The position numbers and the translations under genes are program-made. A stretch of DNA of 64,000 nt from the IMG/VR virus record IMGVR_UViG_3300021400_005359; one strand, given 5' to 3'. Positions 19,205 through 28,800 of this stretch are shown one piece after another. This DNA is from an uncultured virus (IMG/VR IMGVR_UViG_3300021400_005359) (Duplodnaviria; Heunggongvirae; Uroviricota; Caudoviricetes). Position 1 is the first letter of the stretch. Each line of letters starts with the position of its first letter. The notes under the pieces were generated by a model, which was not told the origin of the DNA, ran no database searches, and saw only the letters and a list, made by a program, of their open reading frames with translations.

Positions 19205-21484
19205 TTGAGTAAGTTAGATTTAGACCCAATTAAAAATTTAGAAGATACAGAAAATAGCTCTAATGAAATATCTGACAAAAATTTAGAAGAAAATAAAGAA
19301 GAATATACAGAGGTTGAAGAAAAGTATACTGAAGAAAATTCATCAGTAGATGAAGACAAAGAGTATATTGAAAGAGAAGCAGCCTTTGAAGAAGATTCTA
19401 GCTTAATGGATTCTTTATTGTCAGATGTAAATGACCTAGAAAATGATTTAGGTATTGTTTCGGAAGAAGATAATTTAAGTACATCTTTGGAAGAAGAAAA
19501 CAGTAAAGAAGAAGATTTACAAACTGAATATGAAGGAGAATTTACTCCTGCAAATGAAGAGTTCGAATCTAATGAAGAATCATTCATCGAAGAAGATGAA
19601 CCTTTCAAGACAGAAAGTGAATATAATGGTGAAATAGATGAGCCTTATCAAGATGAAGAACCTTTCCAATATCAAGAAGACGAAGGAGAACTTGATGATG
19701 ACCCTGATAATTATTATAACGATGCTGAAATTTCTGAAAGAAGAAAGAAAGCAAAAAGAAGCTCGTCAAACTTACCATTAAAAATTTTAGTAGGAGTTGT
19801 TGCTATTGGTGTTATTGTTGGTCTTGCTTTTGGTGCAAGATATGTAATGAATAATAGCGACAAATTATTTAAGAAGGGAAACACACAGGAAGAGAATAAA
19901 CAAATTGAAACAGTAAATCCTTCTTCAGATGTAATAGAAGATAATACTACACCTACTCCTGAAAAAGAAGAAACAGTATCTCCTGGACTTGATATAGATT
20001 CAGAAGTAAAAGATGAAGAAAAAGTTGAAGATAATTCAGAAAAGGTATCTTCTTTCTTGCAGACATTTACTGGATACGTAGTAGATATTAATAATAAAGA
20101 AATTTATGTTTCAGATAAATTGACATCTGAGCAAGAAGCTCTTCTTAAATCAGATTTTGATTCATATATTGCTGGAACAAATACAATGGTTTATATTCCT
20201 GAGAATCAATACAATGAATTAATGGGAATATCAAACGAAGAAACAACAACAGAAGCTGATGGTCCAATAATCATAGGTGGTGATACACAAGAACAGACAC
20301 AATCTTCAACAAGTAGTGATGATAAATATTATCACATTGGAGAAACTTGTGAAACAACTGGACAGATTGGAATGAAAGCTATAAAACTTACAGACCTTTC
20401 TTCTGAATACGAAGCTTGTCCTGATTGTGGAAGTGAAATTGGTCAAACAAATCAGAGTGCTATAGATTATGATTACTCATTAAATGCAGACCTTGCAGCA
20501 ATTATTTATAAGAAGTTTAACATTGATGCTGAAACTCTTCCAGTATGGACAACGATTGGAAGTAAAGTAACAATTTCTTATATTCAGAATGAAGAAACTC
20601 TTCTAAATGATGTAATTGAAATTTCTAGAGCAAAGAACAATGTAAGCGAAAATACAGGAGACAGCTCAACAACAGAAGCTTCTCCAGATGATGTAGATGA
20701 TTACAGAATATCTAGTACAAATATATTCGGAGCTGACTTTGATGCTATCGTAGCAACAATTGAAGACAGAAGAAGAGGAGAAACAAAGAGAGAAGGAAAC
20801 GTTCTTGATGATGAACTTTCTCTTTCAGGAGCAGCAACAAAAGATACAATAAGTGCTGACCTTAACCTTGGTGCTTGCGAATACGTTTGGATTCAAATAG
20901 TTTGGAAAAAGAATAAAGAAACTCCAAGTATTCCTGATATTGAAGATGTAACAGTTGAACTTCAAACACCTCAAGGTTCTCTTATAAATGAGAGCAATAT
21001 TGATGGATATGGAAGAAAGTGGATTAACAAGAAAGTTATTAACTATGTATTAAAGAATCCTAAGGTTGGTAACTGGAAAGTAATGTTCACAAAGAATATT
21101 GGAGATTATCTTGGTGATGTAACAATTCAAGCAGCTCCTATGACTGGTTTCTTACAGATTAAGAAAGCAGCAGCTAAATATACTGAAGGTATGTTAAAAG
21201 TAATTTGGCAGGCAACTGGAATTGTTGATGATAACTGTATCGTTCAGATATATGCAAGAAACGGAGATACAGACATTCTCCTTTATGCAGGAAATACTAT
21301 TGACGACAATGTACATACTGTTGATATGGTAGATATTGATACAGCAAAGATTGCAGGAAATATTTACGATATAGTAATTAAAGTTCAAGATATCGATGTT
21401 TCTGCAGGAACTCCAAAGAAAGTAACATATAAATTTATTACAGATGAATATATAGTTCCTAATGTAGAAATCCCAGCTAAATAA
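19205..21484 (+). CDS. Single-pass membrane protein: acidic cytoplasmic N-terminus, extracytoplasmic His/Cys motif and beta-sandwich C-terminal domains
   Basis: About 180-aa D/E-rich N-terminus; TM ILVGVVAIGVIVGLAFGA; KYYHIGETC...EACPDCG; VELQTPQG...NPKVGNWKV pattern. AGGAG SD with TTG start. Confidence 0.75.
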   Translation: MSKLDLDPIKNLEDTENSSNEISDKNLEENKEEYTEVEEKYTEENSSVDEDKEYIEREAAFEEDSSLMDSLLSDVNDLENDLGIVSEEDNLSTSLEEENSKEEDLQTEYEGEFTPANEEFESNEESFIEEDEPFKTESEYNGEIDEPYQDEEPFQYQEDEGELDDDPDNYYNDAEISERRKKAKRSSSNLPLKILVGVVAIGVIVGLAFGARYVMNNSDKLFKKGNTQEENKQIETVNPSSDVIEDNTTPTPEKEETVSPGLDIDSEVKDEEKVEDNSEKVSSFLQTFTGYVVDINNKEIYVSDKLTSEQEALLKSDFDSYIAGTNTMVYIPENQYNELMGISNEETTTEADGPIIIGGDTQEQTQSSTSSDDKYYHIGETCETTGQIGMKAIKLTDLSSEYEACPDCGSEIGQTNQSAIDYDYSLNADLAAIIYKKFNIDAETLPVWTTIGSKVTISYIQNEETLLNDVIEISRAKNNVSENTGDSSTTEASPDDVDDYRISSTNIFGADFDAIVATIEDRRRGETKREGNVLDDELSLSGAATKDTISADLNLGACEYVWIQIVWKKNKETPSIPDIEDVTVELQTPQGSLINESNIDGYGRKWINKKVINYVLKNPKVGNWKVMFTKNIGDYLGDVTIQAAPMTGFLQIKKAAAKYTEGMLKVIWQATGIVDDNCIVQIYARNGDTDILLYAGNTIDDNVHTVDMVDIDTAKIAGNIYDIVIKVQDIDVSAGTPKKVTYKFITDEYIVPNVEIPAK

Positions 21485-21485
21485 G

Positions 21486-21526
21486 TAAAAAAGAGACTTG
21501 AAATTATTTTCAGGTCTCTTTTTTTG
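21486..21526 (+). terminator. Intrinsic terminator
   Basis: AAAAAGAGACTTGAAA...TTTCAGGTCTCTTTTTTT right after the stop. Confidence 0.8.
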
Positions 21527-21630
21527 TGCTATAAATAAAAATTTTAAGCAAAAATAAGATATAAATTGAAGAAATAAGTATATTATTAATTAAAGAAAAT
21601 TTCTATTTTATTAAGAAAGGAAAAAAATAT

Positions 21631-23868
21631 ATGAAAATGTCTGAATTGCAAGCTATTTCACAATTCGCTGAACAATACCAAGACGGTTCTGTTCAAGACG
21701 AAAATATATATGGTGAAATACTTCTTAAGTTTTTAAGCTGGTTAGGCTATACAGAAAGTTCAGTCATCGCTGGAGGAGCTTTTAATATGTCATCAGAGAT
21801 GACATTCCAATATGCTTTAAAAATCTACGATGACAATTCAAGTGATAGAGTTTATATTAAATTTTGTAGTATGGGTGAAGACCTTTCAGGAATGGAAGAT
21901 TTAATTAAACAAACTATCGTAGCTCAAAGAAATGAAGATGGAGTAACAAAATACTATATCATTACAAATGGAATTCTTTACAGAATATACAGTAATACTC
22001 CAAATGGAATGAATTTAGTAAATTTAAAAGAAGAAAAAATAATAAATATCGTTGATATAAAAGATTCTGATTATCCAATTTTAGAAGCTATTTCTCTTCA
22101 AGGTTTAAGAGGAGAAAATCCTAAAATGGAAATAGACAGAGATTTAGAGTTTGACGAAGAACCTGAAGAAGAGGTTGAAGAAGAAAAAGTAGAACAACCA
22201 AAAGAAAAGAAAGAATTTAAACTTCCAACATTTGATGAAAAAACAGTTGATTTAGCAAAGAAAATAGCTTTGGTAGCTCTTGGAATTATAATTCTTCTTC
22301 TTGTATTTAAATTCTTAACAGCAAAACCTGGTGAAACAAAAACCGATGAAACAAATGTAAATGTAAATATCAGTTCTACTTCAAAAGATATTAAGACAGC
22401 AGATTCAACTCCTGTTCAACTTAATTCTAATTTAGTAAATGTATCAGCTGTTCTTGATTTATCTGTAAGCAAGAACGATACATTAAATATCAAGTTCTTA
22501 AGTGACCTTGAAGAAGGTGCAATTGTTAAACTTGGAATCTTCTGTGGAGATAATTCAAATTATTCTTATCAGACAATAGATTCTACTGGAACATTTAATG
22601 GAACTTTCCAAATCCCTACTACTTGGGGAGACCAAAAGGTAACAGTTGGAGCATATTTAAGATTTGATGAAAATGGTTATAGTCAACCAAAGAATGTAAC
22701 AGATAAATATGGTAAAAACGGAGAAAAGATTAACTGGAAAAAAGAATATTCCGCTAATATGTTAACTTACTCTGAGATTAACCATAGTAATCAACTTGTT
22801 GAAGCTCTTCTTGCTAAACAGAAAGAAGAAAGAGAACTTCAATTAAAGAACGCTTTCCAGAAAGACTTTGCTTATATTGATACAAGAGTTGATGCTTTTG
22901 GAAATATTAAGCACGTTCCTGCAGGATTTAGCTTTGATGAAACAAATATTACAGAAGCTAGAAACATTTATCCTATGATTTATTATGATAAGGCTTCAAA
23001 TACTTCTTACTTATATATTATTTGTGGATATGCTGGAACACAGTTTGTAAGATTTGAAAGTGTTGGTTTCTCTGCTGATGGTTATAACTGGTCATATGAT
23101 AATGGAACAAATATTAAGAAAGATTCAGTTGTTGGTAATAAGAAAGCGGAATGGATTTATTTCAACAACGTTGATACTCCTCAGTTAATAAACGATATGG
23201 GACTTTTATCTAACTCAAATGATACACAAATGTATCTTGTAGGAGCTATAAGTCCAACATTTAATATAACAAATGAAGATAAGGCACTTATCAGACAATT
23301 CCTCGCAATTTACGAAACATATTATGGAAATGGAACTTTTATTCCTGATGTTTCTTGGTTTAAAAATGGAAGTAATCAAATAACTTTAAATTATATTAAA
23401 GAACCTTATGAGATGAGAGAAAGAAGTTCAGCAGAACTTAATAGCTTAGAAGTCCTTCAGGACTCTATGAGCCAAAAGAAATTAAATAATGAAAAGATTT
23501 CAAAAGAAGATGAAGACCTTCTTGCTTTAATGAAAAAAACATTTAGACCTGTATCAAAGACAATCAAAGGAAAGATTTATAGCTCATTAATCAATTCAGA
23601 GCCTCAAGCTCTTTACTATGATGATTATGAAACAGACAAAAAATTCTTTAAGATTTACTTTGTATATGCTAATGCAGGAGAGATAGAAGAAGGTTACATT
23701 CCTTATATTAACGTTTATGAAGATAAAACAGTTTTAGTTCCAATTAAGACTATTACATCTTCTACTACATCAACTGACAAAGTATTTGCTAAATATGAAA
23801 TTACAGATACATTCTATAATGAGTTAAAAACTTACTTTGCAAATACAAGTTATGAGCAATTTGATTAA
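21631..23868 (+). CDS. Membrane protein with degenerate HsdR_N-like (type I restriction R N-terminal) cytoplasmic domain and large extracytoplasmic region
   Basis: N-terminus ILLKFLSWLGY...FQYALK...VYIKFC..GEDL...YIITNGILYRIY; acidic linker; TM IALVALGIIILLLVF; about 500 aa C-terminal to the TM. Confidence 0.6.
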   Translation: MKMSELQAISQFAEQYQDGSVQDENIYGEILLKFLSWLGYTESSVIAGGAFNMSSEMTFQYALKIYDDNSSDRVYIKFCSMGEDLSGMEDLIKQTIVAQRNEDGVTKYYIITNGILYRIYSNTPNGMNLVNLKEEKIINIVDIKDSDYPILEAISLQGLRGENPKMEIDRDLEFDEEPEEEVEEEKVEQPKEKKEFKLPTFDEKTVDLAKKIALVALGIIILLLVFKFLTAKPGETKTDETNVNVNISSTSKDIKTADSTPVQLNSNLVNVSAVLDLSVSKNDTLNIKFLSDLEEGAIVKLGIFCGDNSNYSYQTIDSTGTFNGTFQIPTTWGDQKVTVGAYLRFDENGYSQPKNVTDKYGKNGEKINWKKEYSANMLTYSEINHSNQLVEALLAKQKEERELQLKNAFQKDFAYIDTRVDAFGNIKHVPAGFSFDETNITEARNIYPMIYYDKASNTSYLYIICGYAGTQFVRFESVGFSADGYNWSYDNGTNIKKDSVVGNKKAEWIYFNNVDTPQLINDMGLLSNSNDTQMYLVGAISPTFNITNEDKALIRQFLAIYETYYGNGTFIPDVSWFKNGSNQITLNYIKEPYEMRERSSAELNSLEVLQDSMSQKKLNNEKISKEDEDLLALMKKTFRPVSKTIKGKIYSSLINSEPQALYYDDYETDKKFFKIYFVYANAGEIEEGYIPYINVYEDKTVLVPIKTITSSTTSTDKVFAKYEITDTFYNELKTYFANTSYEQFD

Positions 23869-23872
23869 GAAT

Positions 23873-23906
23873 AAAAAAGGGAAGCAAAAAATGCTTCTCT
23901 TTTTTT
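23873..23906 (+). terminator. Intrinsic terminator
   Basis: AAAAAAGGGAAGCA-AAAAA-TGCTTCTCTTTTTTT. Confidence 0.8.
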
Positions 23907-23969
23907 GTAAAAATTTCAATATAAAAGAATATATAAGACAGTTTCAAAATATAATAAATTATACTAACG

Positions 23970-24301
23970 TAAATGGTAGGAATTATTTTTAATGCAAAAG
24001 ATTCATTTATCTTTTCGAGTTATCGGTTAATTAAACTTTATTTTACTAGTTAAAAATGCTAAACATCTTTTGCACCAAAGAGTCGCAAAAGCTTACGCTT
24101 TTAACTTAAAATCGCCAGTTCTTTCTGGCTTAACTTTTACTAATTTTGCGAAAGCAAATATTTAAAAACAAACTTACGATACGTATCTCGGCACAGGCAT
24201 CCGTTTGATGCAAAATGAAACCATATCGACTTGTTTATTTGCCGTTTTTTCTTAGTCGAAACAAAAAAAGAGTTTCCAAAGGCCTAGGAGCTCTTTTTTT
24301 T
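23970..24301 (+). ncRNA. Candidate structured non-coding RNA (about 330 nt), family not recognised
   Basis: Multiple stems (23993-24002/24065-74; 24114-18/24125-29; TTTGC-GAAA-GCAAA 24145-58; 24197-201/24207-11; 24226-31/24254-59). TATAAT at 23950-55. Terminator 24261-24301 whose stem needs G-U pairs on the plus strand. Confidence 0.5.
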
Positions 24302-24307
24302 GTTGCC

Positions 24308-24520
24308 TTAATTTTCCTCAATAAAGACATTACAGTCGCTATTTTCTTTAAAAGCTTTTTCAAGCTTTTCTAATTTCTCAGGATTTGTAATTTTTAAAAT
24401 TTCTCTATATTCTTCCCAAGGAATAGCAACCACATTTTTATCAGAAATTAAAACTTTTTCATTCAAATCTTCTTTGTTTTCAAACATATCCAAAAATTCT
24501 TTAAATGTAAATTCTTTCAT
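24308..24520 (-). CDS. Small hypothetical protein
   Basis: 70-aa ORF with GGAGG SD. Confidence 0.65.
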   Translation of the reverse strand: MKEFTFKEFLDMFENKEDLNEKVLISDKNVVAIPWEEYREILKITNPEKLEKLEKAFKENSDCNVFIEEN

Positions 24521-24712
24521 AAAACCCTCCAGAAATCGCTTTTTCTAATAAAATATTAATATAAAATTTTCAATTTTTCAATAATTTTTGCAAAATTATT
24601 AAAATTCGCTTGTTTTTTTAATAATATATGTTATAATTAAATTAAGATAAATGAATTAAAAGAAATTTTAGTTTGTATAATAAAGTATAAGAAATGTTTT
24701 AGGAGGAATTTT

Positions 24713-25288
24713 ATGGAATCAGTATATAGAAAGGTCCCATATGATAAGGAAAAGATTGATAAGGTGATTGAATCTTTTAAGGCTAGAAATTTAAAGCCTG
24801 AAGACATTACAATTATCTTTGATATGGACAATACTCTTTGTTTGTATTCTAGAGATGGTGACGATGCAACAGCACTAAAGCTTATGTGGAACAAGAATTA
24901 TTATAAGAATCTTCCTTGTTTCCAAGAAGCTCCTGCAGTAATTGAACTCTTGCAGAAGATGGGCTTTAAGATTAAAATTCTCTCCTCTTGCATTAATTCT
25001 AAGTATTGTAAGAAGGAAAAAATTGATTGGCTACATTATCACCTTCCTTCAATTAAGGATGAAGATATCATTCTTATTGATAACGGAGAAAATAAGTCAG
25101 ATTACATTAAGAACATCGAGAATTGCATTTTAGTAGATGATTATTACAAGAATCTTATGGATTGGTATGATGCTGGTGGAATTGCTATTAAGAAGACCTA
25201 TTCAGGTAAAGAGCGTCCTATTCCTCAGTGTTCATCTCTTGTAGAAATCATTGGAATCCTTTGGGACTTAGGTGTAATTAAATCATAA
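24713..25288 (+). CDS. HAD-superfamily 5'(3')-deoxyribonucleotidase-like phosphatase (NT5C-like)
   Basis: Motif I IFDMDNTL; ILSS; KIDWLHYHLP; K...ILVDDY..NL..W..AGG.AI. Confidence 0.85.
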   Translation: MESVYRKVPYDKEKIDKVIESFKARNLKPEDITIIFDMDNTLCLYSRDGDDATALKLMWNKNYYKNLPCFQEAPAVIELLQKMGFKIKILSSCINSKYCKKEKIDWLHYHLPSIKDEDIILIDNGENKSDYIKNIENCILVDDYYKNLMDWYDAGGIAIKKTYSGKERPIPQCSSLVEIIGILWDLGVIKS

Positions 25289-25317
25289 AAAAAGGAGCTT
25301 TTTAAGCTCCTTTTTTT
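25287..25317. terminator. Bidirectional intrinsic terminator
   Basis: AAAAAAAGGAGCTT-TTT-AAGCTCCTTTTTTT overlapping both stop codons. Confidence 0.85.
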
Positions 25318-25727
25318 GTATTCTTAAATATTTTATATATTAAAAACATATGCATTAAAACTACATAAGAATTATATATTTCTGTACCAACATCTCCCCA
25401 AAATACTGTAAAAGCAGCACTATTTCCAAGTTGACCCATAAAAGAAATAGCATATAAAGGGATTATTACAAGTATTGAAAGAAAATCTTTTTTCTCTATA
25501 TTTTTCTTTGCAAGAAGTGAAAATAAAGAATAAGATATCCAAAGTGTTTCAATAATAAGTAGTACAAAGAAAATAAAAAAGCTAGAAGATAATAACTCTA
25601 GCAAACCTTTTTGAGCTAAAAATGATAAAAATATAAGACCAGTAAAACCATTTATCATTAAAGCTGTCACTAAAAAGATATTATCGATTAAAAATCCTTT
25701 CTTAAAATCTTTTAAATCCATAAACAT
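25302..25727 (-). CDS. Multi-pass (about 4 TM) membrane protein
   Basis: 141-aa hydrophobic ORF with AAGGAG SD. Confidence 0.7.
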   Translation of the reverse strand: MFMDLKDFKKGFLIDNIFLVTALMINGFTGLIFLSFLAQKGLLELLSSSFFIFFVLLIIETLWISYSLFSLLAKKNIEKKDFLSILVIIPLYAISFMGQLGNSAAFTVFWGDVGTEIYNSYVVLMHMFLIYKIFKNTKKGA

Positions 25728-25839
25728 AAAACTCCTTAATCAATCTTTATACCTATATTATACTTAAAATACGCAATTCTTAAAAGTTTTTTTATGATGA
25801 ATAAAAAAGAGAGAGGAAATAAATCCTCTCTCTTAATTA

Positions 25840-28800
25840 TTAAAGCTCTAAGTATTTAATCGTCTTGATTAATAGATAAGATATCTCAGCTCTTGTTAAC
25901 TCTCTAGTTCCATTTCTATCATCATCTGAATCAATAATACCCATAGACATTAAGTGGATAGCTTCTTGAGCACAATCACTAAGTCCAGTTGGAGCACTAA
26001 GTCCTGATTCATTATGATATTGGTCATAAAGAATAGTTGCTGAAATAAGTTTTACAACTTCCTTAAATGTAACAGCTTTATTAAGTGTATATGTAGAAAT
26101 TGTATCATCTACTTCTTCTTGACTCATATTAATTAATATGTTCTGAGATGAATAGTAATCGTAATCTTTTTCAGATAAGTTAAGTGTTGTAACAATCTTA
26201 TTAATCTCAAAATCACTATCATATATAAGTCTAATTCTATTAAGCATTGTAAGGAACTCTTTAGTAGTCATCTTGTTTACAGGTTTATACTTGTTATCAA
26301 GATAATTTCCAATAATTCCTTTTTCACAAAGAGTTTCAATGTTACTTCTAGCATCAGAACCAATAATATCTGTGAATTTAGATATGTATGGAGTAAGAGC
26401 AATTACCTCAAATTTAATATTTCCAAGACTATCATCTACACAGTTAATTACATCAATTTCTTTTCTTCCAGAAGATGTAAATGAAATAGTTCCCTTCTTA
26501 TCAGTAACAACTCCATCTGATACATTGTCAACTACACACATAGAAACATCAGCTTCTGTGCCTTTAAGTGCAGTTGTAAGATTTATAGTATCTTTTAGTT
26601 TATAAGTATAAGCAAAGTTTTCTTTACTTAAGTCTATTTGACTCTTAGTATCTTTTATACTATCTACAACAAGAACATAAACATTAAGTTCTTTTCCGTC
26701 TTTTACAAATCTAATAGTTCCAATTCCAGGTCTATTAGCAGAAACCATACTTCCTGTTCTTGTTAAGATATCTCCATCAGCATACCAAGTAAGTCCGCTG
26801 ATATCACCAAATTGTTCAGTAAGCTTGTACTTAAATGCAAGTGAAACATCAAGGTCACTACCTGTCTGAACAACTATAGACCTATGAGATTTACCAGTAT
26901 TCAAAGCTCTAACATTTAATCCAAGATACTTATTAGTCTGTGTATCATAGAAACTAATAAATCCATCACCAGTTAAGTTCATATACACTTTGTTGTTCTT
27001 AGTATAGAAACTTACTGAATCAGACTTATTCTTTTCTGATAAGTAAAGATTTGAAGCATCAAGTCCATATGTAGAAGCTATATAAGCATACCAATAAGCA
27101 AGTGTCTTAGTATCTGTACTACTAATATATAAATGGTCTTTAGGATTCAAAGACTCATACAAAACTTTGTTTGAACTTAAGTTACTTCCTGTGCTAACTC
27201 TAAGTCTAGTTACATTTCCAGCAGCATCTCTAACTTTTACAAGGACTGTTTCTTTAGAAAGAATAACAGTATTGTTATTAGCAATGTAATTATCTCCAGA
27301 ATTTCTAGAACCTTCAATTGAGAAACTATAAGGAGTTTCATCAAATCCACCAAGGTCATAAGCTGAAACATAAAGTCTGTTCTTAGAGAACCAAACCTTA
27401 GTAATTACAGGAGCTATTGTGTCTTTCATTCTAACAAGTCCATTGTAAAGAACAAGATAAACTTCTTCACTAGCTTCCTTTACTGCTGAAATTCTGTATT
27501 TATAAAGAACAGAATCTTCAAGTCTAGGACAATCAATAGAAGATGCTTCATCAAGTCTAATCTTATAAACAACTCTTCCTGTATTATAATCAAGGATTTC
27601 GAATAAGTAGTCATATTCTTTCCAATCAATATCTTCAGGAATATCTGAAGGAACAGGAATAGGTTGGTCAGGATTTACAGGTGTAGGAGTATCAGAAGGT
27701 GTTCCTGAAGGTGTTCCAGAAGGTGTACCTGAAGGAGTTCCACTAGGAGTTCCTGAAGGTGTACCACTAGGATTTTCAACTTCTTCAGAAATATCACCAG
27801 GAGCCTCACCCTTGTAAACATAATTATCTTTAAAGATATAGAATGTTTCTTCGGTTTCAGCATCTAAAGTATCTATCAAAGATACAGTAATATTCATAGG
27901 AATATTAATTTCCTGAATACCAACTCTCTTGTAAATCTGTTGATTAGCTTTAATTGTCTGACCAGCTGGAATGCTAAGCCATTTACCGATTGAATTGTAT
28001 CCTTCGTAATCTGATGTAATACTCATATTATCAAGAGGAGTAAATCCATAAGCAAATGTTCTTAAGTTTCCATCAGGGTCAATACCTTCTACATATAAAT
28101 GTCCTTTATATGTATAAACATTTTGAATAACAGGAGCGTTATTCTTTATTTCAGGGTCTTCACTTCCACTAAATCTATTTTGAGCTTCAGGATTTTCAGG
28201 AGTTCCATATACAAGCTGTGTCTCACTAGAAATAATAACAGTTTGACTAGAAGTATTTCCTGCAGCATCTACAGCATAAACTGTAAGTCTAGTAGGAACT
28301 TTAATTGCTTGTTGAGCAGCTCCGTGCCAAATAATAGTTCCCTTAGGAATAACTTCGTTTTCAGCAAATGAAATAGTCTTACCTGAATCATCTGTACCAG
28401 TTGTTACACCTGAAGATTCAGTGTCGTTAAGCCATTGATATCCATAACCTGTAACAGCTAAGTTATCTGTAGCTTCAATATATAAAACACCATCCATAGC
28501 GTAAACAGCTTTAATTAATGGAGCAATCTTATCTGTCTGTCCAGAAGAATCTCTTGCTTCAAGAAGCATTTCGTAAATAGTCTGACTTACTGTTCCAAAA
28601 AGAACTGAATTATCTTTATCTTCTGAAACATCAACAGTAACAATATCTGACTGGTTTCTTGCTATATCGTAAACAGAAAGTTCTACTTTTGCTTCAGCAA
28701 TAGTTCCATCTTCATTTTTAACTGCTTCCATAAATCCACCAACTTGACCAAATGAAGTATTTGTTACAGTTCCTTCATATTTCTGAGACTCAGGAAGTAA

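Noticed and set aside
23970..24301. Possible tmRNA or T-box identity for the intergenic RNA
   Set aside because: No tRNA-like acceptor/T-arm ends, no convincing tag peptide, and no T-box UGGNACC antiterminator bulge.
27688..27771. Short periodic repeat as possible CRISPR array or contingency locus
   Set aside because: In-frame 12-nt units with synonymous variation and no spacers; it is a PSGT protein linker.
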